Program-made: the position numbers and the translations under genes
Source: an uncultured Lachnospiraceae bacterium
GTDB lineage: Bacteria; Bacillota; Clostridia; Lachnospirales; Lachnospiraceae
DNA: 33,045 nt
NCBI GenBank assembly: GCA_900313435.1
Contig: OMRF01000266.1
Span: forward strand, 1-33,045
Direction: 5' to 3'
Part shown: positions 10,021 to 18,011 of the stretch, piece after piece
Numbering within the stretch: position 1 is the first letter of the stretch
Layout of the letters: each line of letters starts with the position of its first letter
Notes under the pieces: generated by a model
Seen by the model: only the letters and a program-made list of their open reading frames with translations
Databases searched by the model: none
What the model was told of the DNA's origin: nothing

Positions 10021-12648
10021 TCAGTCAACGTATTTTTCTTCAAACTGCTCTTTTGTAAGAGGCTTGTCGAAGAAATAGCCCTGTATCATATCAACATTCA
10101 TCTCCAGAAGAGCCTTCTCCTGAGAATCCTCCTCAACGCCCTCTACAACAACATCCATATCTATAGTATCCGCCAGATCGGAGACTGTCTTCACGAAGGC
10201 ATCTGAGAAATTATCCTTTCCGACATCATCCACAAAGGACTTGTCGATCTTTATTACATCTACCGGCAGATTTCGCAGTCTCGAAAGCGAGGAATAACCT
10301 GTGCCAAAATCATCAAGAGCGAGCCTTACACCAAGAGCCTTGATATCATTTAATATCTGGGTCATCTTGTCCACATCATTTGCGGCCAGGGATTCCGTAA
10401 CCTCAAGCGTGAGATTCCCGGGATTAAGCCCCGTGAAATTCAGGGCGTTCTTTACTGTCTCAACGATATTCTTCTGAAGAAGCTGGACTACGGAAAGATT
10501 CACACTGACCTTGTAATCCGGATGTCCAAAATCATTCCAGTACCTGCATCTCTTGCAGGCCTCTATGAGCACATGCTCACCTATGGGAACGATGAGACCG
10601 AGGTTTTCGGCAATGGGGATGAACTCATTCGGATAGACGAACCCCAGGGTCTCTGACTGCCAGCGGACAAGGGCCTCTGCGCCGCAGCAGACAGGATCCC
10701 CTCCCGAGACTCTGATGAGAGGCTGATAATAAACAAGAAACTCCTTGCATCCGCGCTCAACCGCTGCTCTCATGGCATTTTCAAGATCGAGCCGTCTCGT
10801 GAGAACCTTCGGATCCGAATGGCTGTAGTACTCGACTACATTCTTTCCCTTCTGCTTTGCCATTCTAAGGGAGAGGTCGGCTCTTTGAGTGAGCTGTTCG
10901 ATCTTCGTCCCGTCCTTCGGGAAAAGACAGACCCCCATGCACATCGTGCAGTAATACTCATTTGTTTCAAGCTGCCAGGGCTTTGAGAAACGCTTCTCAA
11001 TAGCCGCTATCAGCCGATCCCTCACTTCATGATGCCTTGCCGGGAGCAACACGGCAAATTCGTCGCCTCCGAGCCTGTAGCAGCGTGCTTTTCTCCCGCA
11101 TATCATACGAAGCGCCCCGGAAGCCTCCTTCAGCAGGAAATCACCAACATGATGCCCGAGACCTTCATTTATCCCTCTGAAATCATCGAGATCCAGATAG
11201 AGAAGTGTTCCTTCCTCCCCGCTTCTTACAGCCTCACGGATCTCCTTTGCAAAATCCATTTCAAAACGCATCCTGTTTGAAAGTCCCGTGAGGAAATCAG
11301 TACTTGCCTGTTCTTCTATCTTCTTCTGATATTCCTTCAGCTTCGTGATGTCATAGAAGGTGCTCATCACGACCTCGCTGCCGTCTACCCAGCGTATGTT
11401 TGATGACGAGATGTCATAAGTCCTCGCCGAATTCTGGGAATAGTAGTTCCTTCCCTCATCCTCCGATATCACATCCTGCTTTGAAAACATTTCCCAGACA
11501 TGCGATCTGTCGCCCTCATCTGAAAACATCTTCTGAAAGGTCCCGTTTTCGTAAAGAAACCTGTTTCGCCTGGGATCAAACACAGTAATCCCACAGCCTG
11601 TGTTTTCAAGGATACAGTCAAGAGCCGCATAGGAACTTGCGAGTGAATTCTTTGTAACCCTCTTTACAAGGATGGTAGATATCACACGGCGCACATCATC
11701 ACAAAAACGTATATCCTCTACCGACCACTGCTTCATTGAGTCAGCGACAACAAACGAGAGGTACATGGAGACCTCACCGTTTATCGATATCGGAAGGAAC
11801 ATACCGGCCTTCAGATCATGCTTTTCAAAGAAAGTCTTAAAGGTCGAGGGAAGCACGGAATCAGCGGAGATAGTATAAGGTCTGTCGGTAAGGAAAGGAA
11901 GAAGCTCTGTCTCTGCCGAAGTATATTCAGGGGCAAGGGATGTAAAGCCATCCTTCTTCCATTCACATATGATATCGCAATACTTCCTGTCAAGAGAAAG
12001 CCTTACCAAAAACGCGTCGGAGACATCCAGAAACTCTCCTGCCTCCTTCAATATCGCGTCACAGACATTTACGAAGTCGCCCTCTTCCTCGAGCATCTTG
12101 AGGATGTCGGTCATCACCTCATTGCGCTTCAAAAGTTCTTCGAGCCTTCCACCTGCCTTTAAAGTCTCCTTCAGGGTATTTGAAAGATTGATGTTTTCGG
12201 TCGTCTGGGAGAAATAATAGTCAATGAAGCTCTTCAGAAGCTCTACCGAAGAATCATAGGATTCCATCGTCGTAAGGCGCAGGGTCTTTTTTGCCTGCTC
12301 ATCATCCTGCAAATGCTCTCCGGAAACGCCGGTCATTATGAATATTGCCTGAACTTCCTTCTTTGCATTCTTGGCGGCTATGGCGCGTACCACGATAAAG
12401 GGGGCAAAAACTTCACCCTCTATCACCTCTTCAACCGGATTTTTCGCAAAAGCATTCACGAGGAAGCTTACGGTCTCGGCCGGAATATAATTTTTCAGAA
12501 GAGCTTCTTCATCACTCGAACCGGGGAAAGCAAAAACAGGCCTTGCCGTGGTATCATAAGCACGCACATATACGTGATTTGCCCTCGAAAAGGTCTCAAG
12601 GAAGTTCTGAAGCCCTTCGCCTTTTAAATATATTGAAGCAGGATCCAT
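10021..12648 (-). CDS. cytoplasmic multidomain c-di-GMP enzyme: N-terminal sensor region, GAF-like, PAS-like, GGDEF and EAL domains
   Basis: 875 aa, ATG with a GGAGG RBS. GGDEF motifs: TGLSNR, DLDDFRGINEGLGHHVGD, RLGGDEF. EAL motifs: YYQP, AEALVRW, VNLS, LEVTES, DDFGTGYSSL, KIDKSF, VVEGVE, QGYFFDKP. The GAF/PAS assignment for residues about 190-445 is by general pattern only. Confidence 0.9.
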   Translation of the reverse strand: MDPASIYLKGEGLQNFLETFSRANHVYVRAYDTTARPVFAFPGSSDEEALLKNYIPAETVSFLVNAFAKNPVEEVIEGEVFAPFIVVRAIAAKNAKKEVQAIFIMTGVSGEHLQDDEQAKKTLRLTTMESYDSSVELLKSFIDYYFSQTTENINLSNTLKETLKAGGRLEELLKRNEVMTDILKMLEEEGDFVNVCDAILKEAGEFLDVSDAFLVRLSLDRKYCDIICEWKKDGFTSLAPEYTSAETELLPFLTDRPYTISADSVLPSTFKTFFEKHDLKAGMFLPISINGEVSMYLSFVVADSMKQWSVEDIRFCDDVRRVISTILVKRVTKNSLASSYAALDCILENTGCGITVFDPRRNRFLYENGTFQKMFSDEGDRSHVWEMFSKQDVISEDEGRNYYSQNSARTYDISSSNIRWVDGSEVVMSTFYDITKLKEYQKKIEEQASTDFLTGLSNRMRFEMDFAKEIREAVRSGEEGTLLYLDLDDFRGINEGLGHHVGDFLLKEASGALRMICGRKARCYRLGGDEFAVLLPARHHEVRDRLIAAIEKRFSKPWQLETNEYYCTMCMGVCLFPKDGTKIEQLTQRADLSLRMAKQKGKNVVEYYSHSDPKVLTRRLDLENAMRAAVERGCKEFLVYYQPLIRVSGGDPVCCGAEALVRWQSETLGFVYPNEFIPIAENLGLIVPIGEHVLIEACKRCRYWNDFGHPDYKVSVNLSVVQLLQKNIVETVKNALNFTGLNPGNLTLEVTESLAANDVDKMTQILNDIKALGVRLALDDFGTGYSSLSRLRNLPVDVIKIDKSFVDDVGKDNFSDAFVKTVSDLADTIDMDVVVEGVEEDSQEKALLEMNVDMIQGYFFDKPLTKEQFEEKYVD

Positions 12649-12753
12649 TAATTTCCTCCGAAACAGTATTTCAACAAACTATGATAACAATTTTCAGTAA
12701 AAATTGCATTAAAAATGTGGGTCACCTGTATCAGAGTTTTGTAAAAACTTACA

Positions 12754-12783
12754 TTGCTAAAGAGCCGGTCTCACGGATATAAT
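12754..12783 (+). promoter_or_regulatory. orphan sigma-A-type promoter, TTGCTA-18 nt-TATAAT, pointing away from the GGDEF-EAL gene
   Basis: TTGCTA is at 12754-12759 and a perfect TATAAT is at 12778-12783, with an 18-nt spacer. No plus-strand CDS lies downstream, only the hairpins described below. Confidence 0.4.
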
Positions 12784-12792
12784 GAACGAGCA

Positions 12793-12827
12793 TTAAGAAA
12801 TACACCCCCCCATTAAGTATTTCTTAA
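12793..12827. repeat. perfect 11-bp inverted repeat with a 13-nt spacer containing a C7 run
   Basis: TTAAGAAATAC / GTATTTCTTAA, read directly from the sequence. CATTAAG also occurs as a direct repeat at 12791 and 12811. Confidence 0.9.
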
Positions 12828-12858
12828 CGTTTTCCCCTTTATATTTTTAACCCCCCTT

Positions 12859-12892
12859 TAAAAAAAGACATCCCTCGCGGATGTCTTTTTTC
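12859..12892. terminator. bidirectional rho-independent terminator
   Basis: AAAAAAA-AGACATCC-CTCGC-GGATGTCT-TTTTT. It is an 8-bp stem with an A-run on one side and a T-run on the other. It starts 15 nt past the stop of the minus-strand flavin reductase gene (12901) and also closes the candidate plus-strand sRNA. Confidence 0.8.
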
Positions 12893-12900
12893 ATGTCTTT

Positions 12901-13407
12901 TCATCTGGCAAGCAGCTCTACTATCTCACCCAGATACATTGTATGAAGATCCTTAGTCTTGTAATACTTCTCCTCCACATCCTTGTCAAAGACATCATCA
13001 ATGGGAAGCGGAACTGAATAAAGCTTTTTGCAGACAACTATGAAATTTCCTTCATCTATAAACGGGATTCCCTGATGCTCATTGATGGTGAGCCTGGCGT
13101 TTTTGAGCTTATCCTCATCCCTTCCGGATACCTGTCCCAGATACTTCAGCGTCCTATGATACTTATCTTCAAAAAAGGACACGGAAAAGGTCTCACTCTT
13201 GTCTAAAAGCTCCTTTGTAAAGCGGCTCTCCCTCACATAAACAGTAGCCACGGGCTTATCCCAGAGTACACCTACACCTCCCCAGGAGATGGTCATGGTA
13301 TTGATCTTGTCATCTGCCTTTGTCGTAAGTGCTCCCCATTTATCACCGAATCTGACAAACGGGTTGAACTCTATCTCATTGATCGGATATGGCTGAAATG
13401 CATGCAT
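12901..13407 (-). CDS. flavin reductase-like (FMN-binding split-barrel) family protein
   Basis: 168 aa, AAGGAGGGAG RBS. The pattern FGDKWGALTT...NTMTISWGGVGVLWDKPVATVYVRESRFT resembles the flavin reductase/DIM6-type family. The exact function is unknown. Confidence 0.7.
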   Translation of the reverse strand: MHAFQPYPINEIEFNPFVRFGDKWGALTTKADDKINTMTISWGGVGVLWDKPVATVYVRESRFTKELLDKSETFSVSFFEDKYHRTLKYLGQVSGRDEDKLKNARLTINEHQGIPFIDEGNFIVVCKKLYSVPLPIDDVFDKDVEEKYYKTKDLHTMYLGEIVELLAR

Positions 13408-13464
13408 GGGCTCCCTCCTTTCCTGTTTCCCCTAAAATCCCCAATAAAAGTCCATTTTTCCCTG

Positions 13465-14529
13465 TCAGCAGACCTCGACCGTCCAGCCGTACTTATCCGG
13501 AAGACGGCCCCACTGGATGCCGGTAAGGGTGTCGTAAAGCTTCTGCGTAAGCTCTCCGGTCTTCATATCGTTGATCGTAATGACGTCGTCCTTGAATTTG
13601 AGTCTTCCTACAGGACTTATGACGGCAGCTGTGCCTGTTCCGAAAACTTCCTCAAGTCTTCCTTCATGGCCAAAGCGCATGAGGTCGGTAGCCTTGAGAT
13701 GGGTCTCGTTCACCTTGTAACCCCAGTCCCTCAGAATGTGAAGCATCGAATCCCTGGTGACGCCGGGAAGGACTGTGCCCTCGATAGGCGCTGTATAGAT
13801 CTCCCCGTCGATCTTGAACATAATATTCATGGAGCCGACCTCCTCGACGAAGGTCTTTGTAGCTCCATCGAGCCAGAGCACCTGGTCATAGCCTTCTTTT
13901 TCAGCCTTGACCTGACCCGCTATGGAACCTGCATAATTTCCGCCGCATTTCGTGAAGCCTGTACCACCCTGAACGGCACGGACAAGTTCGTCCTCGATCA
14001 TTATCTTTACAGGGTTCAGTCCCTCTGCATAATACATGCCTACAGGACTTAAGATGATGAGGAAGGTGTAATTCGTTGCCATGTGTACACCCAGTGCCTC
14101 TTCTGTTGCGAAGACCACAGGCCTTATGTAAAGCGAAGTATTGGGGAGCGTGGGAACCCAGTCCTTCTCCTTTTCGACGAGAGCTTTGATCGCGTCAACG
14201 AATATGTCTACGGGAACCTTCGGCATACAGAGCCTCTCATTTGAGTTCTGCATCCTCTTTGCGTTCATTTCGGGCCGGAAAAGCTGTATCTTTCCATCTT
14301 CCCTTCTGTAGGCCTTGAGTCCCTCAAAGGTCTCCTGCGCATAATGCAGAACAACGCATGCAGGCTCAAACTCTATGGGGCCATAGGGGATGATCCTTGC
14401 GTCGTGCCATTCATTCTCCCTGTCCCAGTCCATCGCGAACATATAGTCCGTAAAGTACTTTCCGAAACCGAGCTTGTTCCAGTCCGGCTTTTCCTTGAGA
14501 TCCTTTCTTTCCACGAAACGGATATCCAT
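13465..14529 (-). CDS. ilvE: branched-chain amino acid aminotransferase (fold-type IV PLP enzyme)
   Basis: The ORF track starts at a TTG at 14544, but that TTG lies inside the GGAGGAAAAGACA RBS for the ATG at 14529 (MDIRFVERKD...). Motifs: FEGLKAYR, YIRP, GGTGFTKCGGNYA, EEVGSMNIMF, LPGVTRDS, GTGTAAVISPV. Confidence 0.93.
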   Translation of the reverse strand: MDIRFVERKDLKEKPDWNKLGFGKYFTDYMFAMDWDRENEWHDARIIPYGPIEFEPACVVLHYAQETFEGLKAYRREDGKIQLFRPEMNAKRMQNSNERLCMPKVPVDIFVDAIKALVEKEKDWVPTLPNTSLYIRPVVFATEEALGVHMATNYTFLIILSPVGMYYAEGLNPVKIMIEDELVRAVQGGTGFTKCGGNYAGSIAGQVKAEKEGYDQVLWLDGATKTFVEEVGSMNIMFKIDGEIYTAPIEGTVLPGVTRDSMLHILRDWGYKVNETHLKATDLMRFGHEGRLEEVFGTGTAAVISPVGRLKFKDDVITINDMKTGELTQKLYDTLTGIQWGRLPDKYGWTVEVC

Positions 14530-14583
14530 TGTCTTTTCCTCCAATATAATTCTTCTTCAAGGCCAACGCGGCTTTGAAATATA

Positions 14584-14612
14584 ATTATCGGACTTTCCGG
14601 TTTCGATTTCAA
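14584..14612 (-). promoter_or_regulatory. candidate promoter TTGAAA-17 nt-GATAAT upstream of ilvE
   Basis: The minus strand reads TTGAAA (14612-14607), a 17-nt spacer, then GATAAT (14589-14584). It lies about 55 nt upstream of the ilvE ATG. Confidence 0.4.
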
Positions 14613-14641
14613 CCTTTCTTTTTGTCTTTATGCGCCCCTTC

Positions 14642-17077
14642 TCACCCCGACATGGTCGAAAGACAGATATGCCCTTCGTTTTCAAAAATCCTTATCTGCC
14701 CGCTCTCAATAGTGCAGAAGTGCTCTATAGAACGGGAATCAAGCCGCTCGAGCGTTTCTTTTCCTGGATGGCCATAGCGGTTATTCTTTCCTGCTGAGAT
14801 CAGCGTAATATCCTCCTTTCCCGAAAGCACCGAAAGGAGCACGTCAGAGTTTGAATAATTGCTGCCATGATGAGCTGCCTTTAAAATCAGCGTCCCCTCT
14901 GCCGCCTCATAAAGCATATTCCTTGCAGTCTCATCGGAAAGGATCATCTCCTCCTGTTCCTTTCCTATGTCACCCGTAAGGAGTATTGATACATTAAGAT
15001 CTTTTCTTTGTGCAAGAAGAACGAGGGAATTCGCATTCGCGTCGCCTTCCTTCAGATATTCATCGGCCCCCGCGAAAAGGCAGGTAATGACAATCCTTCC
15101 TCCCGCAAGGACAAGTCTCTCACCCTTTTTCATATACTTTATGACGGTACCGTTCTCTCCTGCTGCCTCGCTTAAGCTCTTTTCATTCTCGTTTGCCACC
15201 ACCTTCTCGGGCAGTATCACCATTCCTACCGGATAACCGCTCTTAAGCGCTTCTATCAGCCCCGAGACATGATCGGTATCAAGATGGCTCACAAACCAGT
15301 AATCTATTCCGCCGGTGACGCCGCGGGATCTCAAAAAAGGCAGTATGACATTTCGCGCTATATCCTTTTTACTGCTGCTTCCCCCGTCTATCATAATATG
15401 CGTCTTTTGATCCGCCCTGAGATAAAGCCCGTCTCCCTGCCCTACGGAAAGCATGTCAAATTCAAAGCCTCCTCCCTTGATGCCGTAAAGGATCAGAGGA
15501 AGTAAAAGAAGGATCACGATGGCCTTCGGAAGAAATCTGATCACATCCTTTCTTTGTGCCTTCAGAGGAAAAACAGTATCCTCACGGCTCTTCAACCTTT
15601 TAAAGAGTTTCCATGCTGAATAAGCTCCGAGAAAATAAATAATATAATAGATCAGCATCTGTATCTCTCCCGGTCTTCCAAAGGTCAGGCTGGAAAAGGG
15701 GAGCTTAAGTGTCAGCGCCGAGAGCCATTCATAGAAGTACAAAAGGAGATGCAGCGGAAAAAGAAGCAGCTTTATGTAAAGCAAGCCTGAAATGAGAGCT
15801 AGTGAAAGGAGCACAGTCATCAGCGGGATCAGAATAAGATTGAGAAGCACCTGATACAAGGGGATCTCATAGTAGTAGAAGGCCACTACGGGAGCGGTTC
15901 CAAGACACACCATAAAGGAAAACCCAAAAGAAAGAAAAAGCTTTTCCCAAAGAGAAGGAGTGTACCCCCTCTTGTCCCTGTGCCTTTCCCTTATAAAGGC
16001 GTCAATGGAATTACTGACGGGTCTTGCGGCCGCTGCCACAATGAAGACTGCCGAGAAGGAAAAAACGAAAGCGCTATCAAAGAGGCAGAAAGGATTTTTC
16101 ATTATCAATATTACTGCTGCTATGCCTTCGTTTGTCAGCATATCGCTTTCCCTGCCGAAGGATTCTGAAAGAAGTGAGAGAAAGAACATGATGAGAGCTC
16201 TCTTTGCGGAAACAGACATGCCGCACATAAGGGCATAGAAAAACGAAAAGGGGATCGAGATGAGAAAAGCCGGAAAGAATCCGATACGAAGGCGCCGAAG
16301 CAGTTTATACAAAAGCATTCCGACTATTGAGATGTGAAGTCCCGACACTGCAAGAAGATGCGCTATCCCGGAAGCCGAGAAAAGATCCTTCACCTCATTG
16401 GAAAGCCCTCCCTTGTCTCCGAGAGCCATGGCTGAAATGATACTCCCTTCTTCGCCGGGAAGATTATCTTCAAAAAAGCTTTTCAGCCTTTCCCGAAGAT
16501 TGTTCAGGAAGTACCTAAGTGAGAAAGGAGGCTGGCTTATTAGAGTAACCTCTGGCTTATAGAGCTTTATCCCTATGTCCTTCCCCTTCAGGTATTCCTC
16601 CTCTGAAAAGCCTCCTTCGTTCTCAATTTTGGTCATTTCTTCAGGAGTCCCCGAAAGCTTATAAAGGCTTCCCGGTATAAAGCTTATCTTCTCATCAAGA
16701 TAGAATATAAGGCCTCCGGGACTTACTCTTTTTTTGTCTGAAAGGAAGTAAACATCCTCAAGATAATAGGCATAGGTATTATTCTTTTCTTCAGCCTTCT
16801 CTGCCTTCCCGTAAAAAACCTGTTCCTCCCGGGATAGTTCCTTTGCTTTATACTTTGCTTCATCCCTTACAAGAAGATGCATCTCTCCCCTGATAAAGCC
16901 GAGGAGGAATACAGCGATAACGACAAGGCACATCGCCCTCTTCCCCTTCAGATGGGAAAGGAACAAAAGGACAAAGATGATAATAAAGATGATCCGGAGG
17001 GTTGGATTTTCAGTAACGGCGATGGCCGCCCCGAGGGAAAACGAGACCGCTGCAGAAAAAAGCGGCCGTTTGTCCAT
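14642..17077 (-). CDS. comEC: DNA internalization competence protein ComEC/Rec2 (competence channel domain + C-terminal metallo-beta-lactamase domain)
   Basis: 811 aa, polytopic. The competence-domain core is GIAHLLAVSGLHISIV. The C-terminal MBL domain reads DMLSVGQGDG...VSHLDTDHVSG...AAHHGS. Confidence 0.92.
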   Translation of the reverse strand: MDKRPLFSAAVSFSLGAAIAVTENPTLRIIFIIIFVLLFLSHLKGKRAMCLVVIAVFLLGFIRGEMHLLVRDEAKYKAKELSREEQVFYGKAEKAEEKNNTYAYYLEDVYFLSDKKRVSPGGLIFYLDEKISFIPGSLYKLSGTPEEMTKIENEGGFSEEEYLKGKDIGIKLYKPEVTLISQPPFSLRYFLNNLRERLKSFFEDNLPGEEGSIISAMALGDKGGLSNEVKDLFSASGIAHLLAVSGLHISIVGMLLYKLLRRLRIGFFPAFLISIPFSFFYALMCGMSVSAKRALIMFFLSLLSESFGRESDMLTNEGIAAVILIMKNPFCLFDSAFVFSFSAVFIVAAAARPVSNSIDAFIRERHRDKRGYTPSLWEKLFLSFGFSFMVCLGTAPVVAFYYYEIPLYQVLLNLILIPLMTVLLSLALISGLLYIKLLLFPLHLLLYFYEWLSALTLKLPFSSLTFGRPGEIQMLIYYIIYFLGAYSAWKLFKRLKSREDTVFPLKAQRKDVIRFLPKAIVILLLLPLILYGIKGGGFEFDMLSVGQGDGLYLRADQKTHIMIDGGSSSKKDIARNVILPFLRSRGVTGGIDYWFVSHLDTDHVSGLIEALKSGYPVGMVILPEKVVANENEKSLSEAAGENGTVIKYMKKGERLVLAGGRIVITCLFAGADEYLKEGDANANSLVLLAQRKDLNVSILLTGDIGKEQEEMILSDETARNMLYEAAEGTLILKAAHHGSNYSNSDVLLSVLSGKEDITLISAGKNNRYGHPGKETLERLDSRSIEHFCTIESGQIRIFENEGHICLSTMSG

Positions 17078-17093
17078 AAATGTGATCCTTTGA

Positions 17094-18011
17094 CTATTCT
17101 GTTATGAGCTTTGGATTTTTTTCGTAGGTCCCGGAAAGGCTGTTCTCTGATATGTCCGGAGTGCCGTTCCGATAGACCGTGATCTGAACCTTGCTTATCC
17201 CGTCAAGCTCGCAGAGGGAATTCACAAGGGTATAGATCGAAACATCACGGGTTACACCTGTGACCTTCGTAAAATAGCTGCTGTCAAGATCCAGATAGCA
17301 GATGCCGTCAGAAGTCGAGACATGAAGGAATACCGAGGAATCGCTGATCACAGCGTTAAGTCCGGTTCCTACCGGCTCCTGGCAGAGGTTTTCTATAACA
17401 AGCCTCGCGAGATTCGTGTTTGAGCTGTAATGCACCCTTTTCTCGTAAGGAACAAGCCACTCCCCGTCCAAAGACGGATAATAGAGGAGCAGATCCCTGA
17501 TCTGAAGCGCCGCCTGACTGCTTCCGAAATCTCCTATGAAGGTATCCTTCGTCATGGCTCCTATCGTACGCCCCGTCGCATCCACAAGCACCGAATCGCC
17601 GACATAGAATGAAACACTCGAGACATCCTCGATCTGAAGCAGTGTCTTCACTATAGCCGCCCGGATCAAAGGTTCTCTGACAAGCGGGATATCCGAATAG
17701 CCCTCCGTAAAATATACGGAAAGTTTTGTTCCATCGGAAGAAAACTCTACAGACCTCACATCTACCTTCGCGGGTATGGGAGATTCGGAATTTCTCATCT
17801 CCTCATCGTCTCCAAGCTCATCAAGAAGGCTTTTCGCAAGTTCCTCCTTTGAATCGGGTACCTCGCCCTCAAATCTGCTTTCAACAAGGCGCGTCCCTGA
17901 CGAATCAATCCCGTAGATGATATAATCCCCTTCGCTCTTGCCGCAGGCTGATACAAAAAGGAGGATCACCATAAAGATAAAGGAACACAGCATTATCTTA
18001 AAAGTCTTCAT
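17094..18011 (-). CDS. lipoprotein with two GerMN domains
   Basis: I prefer the ATG at 18011 (GGAGGAG RBS) over the track start at 18092, which would run deep into the kinase gene. The signal peptide MKTFKIMLCSFIFMVILLFVSAC has a lipobox. Two GerMN-like units are visible: LLDELGDD...SPIPAKVDVRSVEF and VIENLCQEPVGTGLNAVISDSS...LDLD. Confidence 0.8.
   Translation of the reverse strand: MKTFKIMLCSFIFMVILLFVSACGKSEGDYIIYGIDSSGTRLVESRFEGEVPDSKEELAKSLLDELGDDEEMRNSESPIPAKVDVRSVEFSSDGTKLSVYFTEGYSDIPLVREPLIRAAIVKTLLQIEDVSSVSFYVGDSVLVDATGRTIGAMTKDTFIGDFGSSQAALQIRDLLLYYPSLDGEWLVPYEKRVHYSSNTNLARLVIENLCQEPVGTGLNAVISDSSVFLHVSTSDGICYLDLDSSYFTKVTGVTRDVSIYTLVNSLCELDGISKVQITVYRNGTPDISENSLSGTYEKNPKLITE

Larger units (their letters stand above)
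12790..12892 (+). ncRNA. candidate small regulatory RNA of about 100 nt with C-rich unpaired motifs (unnamed, hypothetical)
   Basis: The predicted TSS is about 7 nt after the TATAAT. SL1 is TTAAGAAATAC (12793-12803) paired with GTATTTCTTAA (12817-12827), and its loop is ACCCCCCCATTAA. The AU-rich linker carries two CCCCTTTA copies (12834-12841 and 12853-12860). The terminator hairpin at 12866-12886 is followed by a T-run. There is no RBS-led ORF. No transcript evidence is available from sequence alone. Confidence 0.3.

Noticed and set aside
12800-12885. G-quadruplex on the minus strand (G7, G4, G6, G3 tracts)
   Set aside because: The loops between the tracts are 13-24 nt, far beyond canonical G4 loop lengths. 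The same runs are better explained as C-rich motifs of a plus-strand RNA or as simple homopolymers.
12649-12900. c-di-GMP riboswitch (GEMM-I/II) in the leader of the GGDEF-EAL gene
   Set aside because: I could not recognise the conserved GEMM core strings (for example ACGCACAGGGCAAACC-type segments) on either strand. The likely minus-strand promoter (TGTTATCAT at 12681-12689) leaves only about 26 nt of leader. A covariance-model search would be needed to exclude it formally.
13402-14052. 216-aa plus-strand ORF, with similar long antisense ORFs at 19509-20210 (233 aa), 27490-28311 (273 aa) and 22487-23008 (173 aa)
   Set aside because: Each lies wholly opposite a confidently identified gene (ilvE, the response regulator, ligA, argB). 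None has an RBS or a recognisable motif, and the compositions are Ser/Leu/Pro-rich, as expected of shadow frames.
14530-14641. T-box or other leader upstream of ilvE
   Set aside because: Only about 110 nt are available, and part of that is taken by a good promoter candidate. That is too short for a T-box, and no specifier/antiterminator-like structure was seen.
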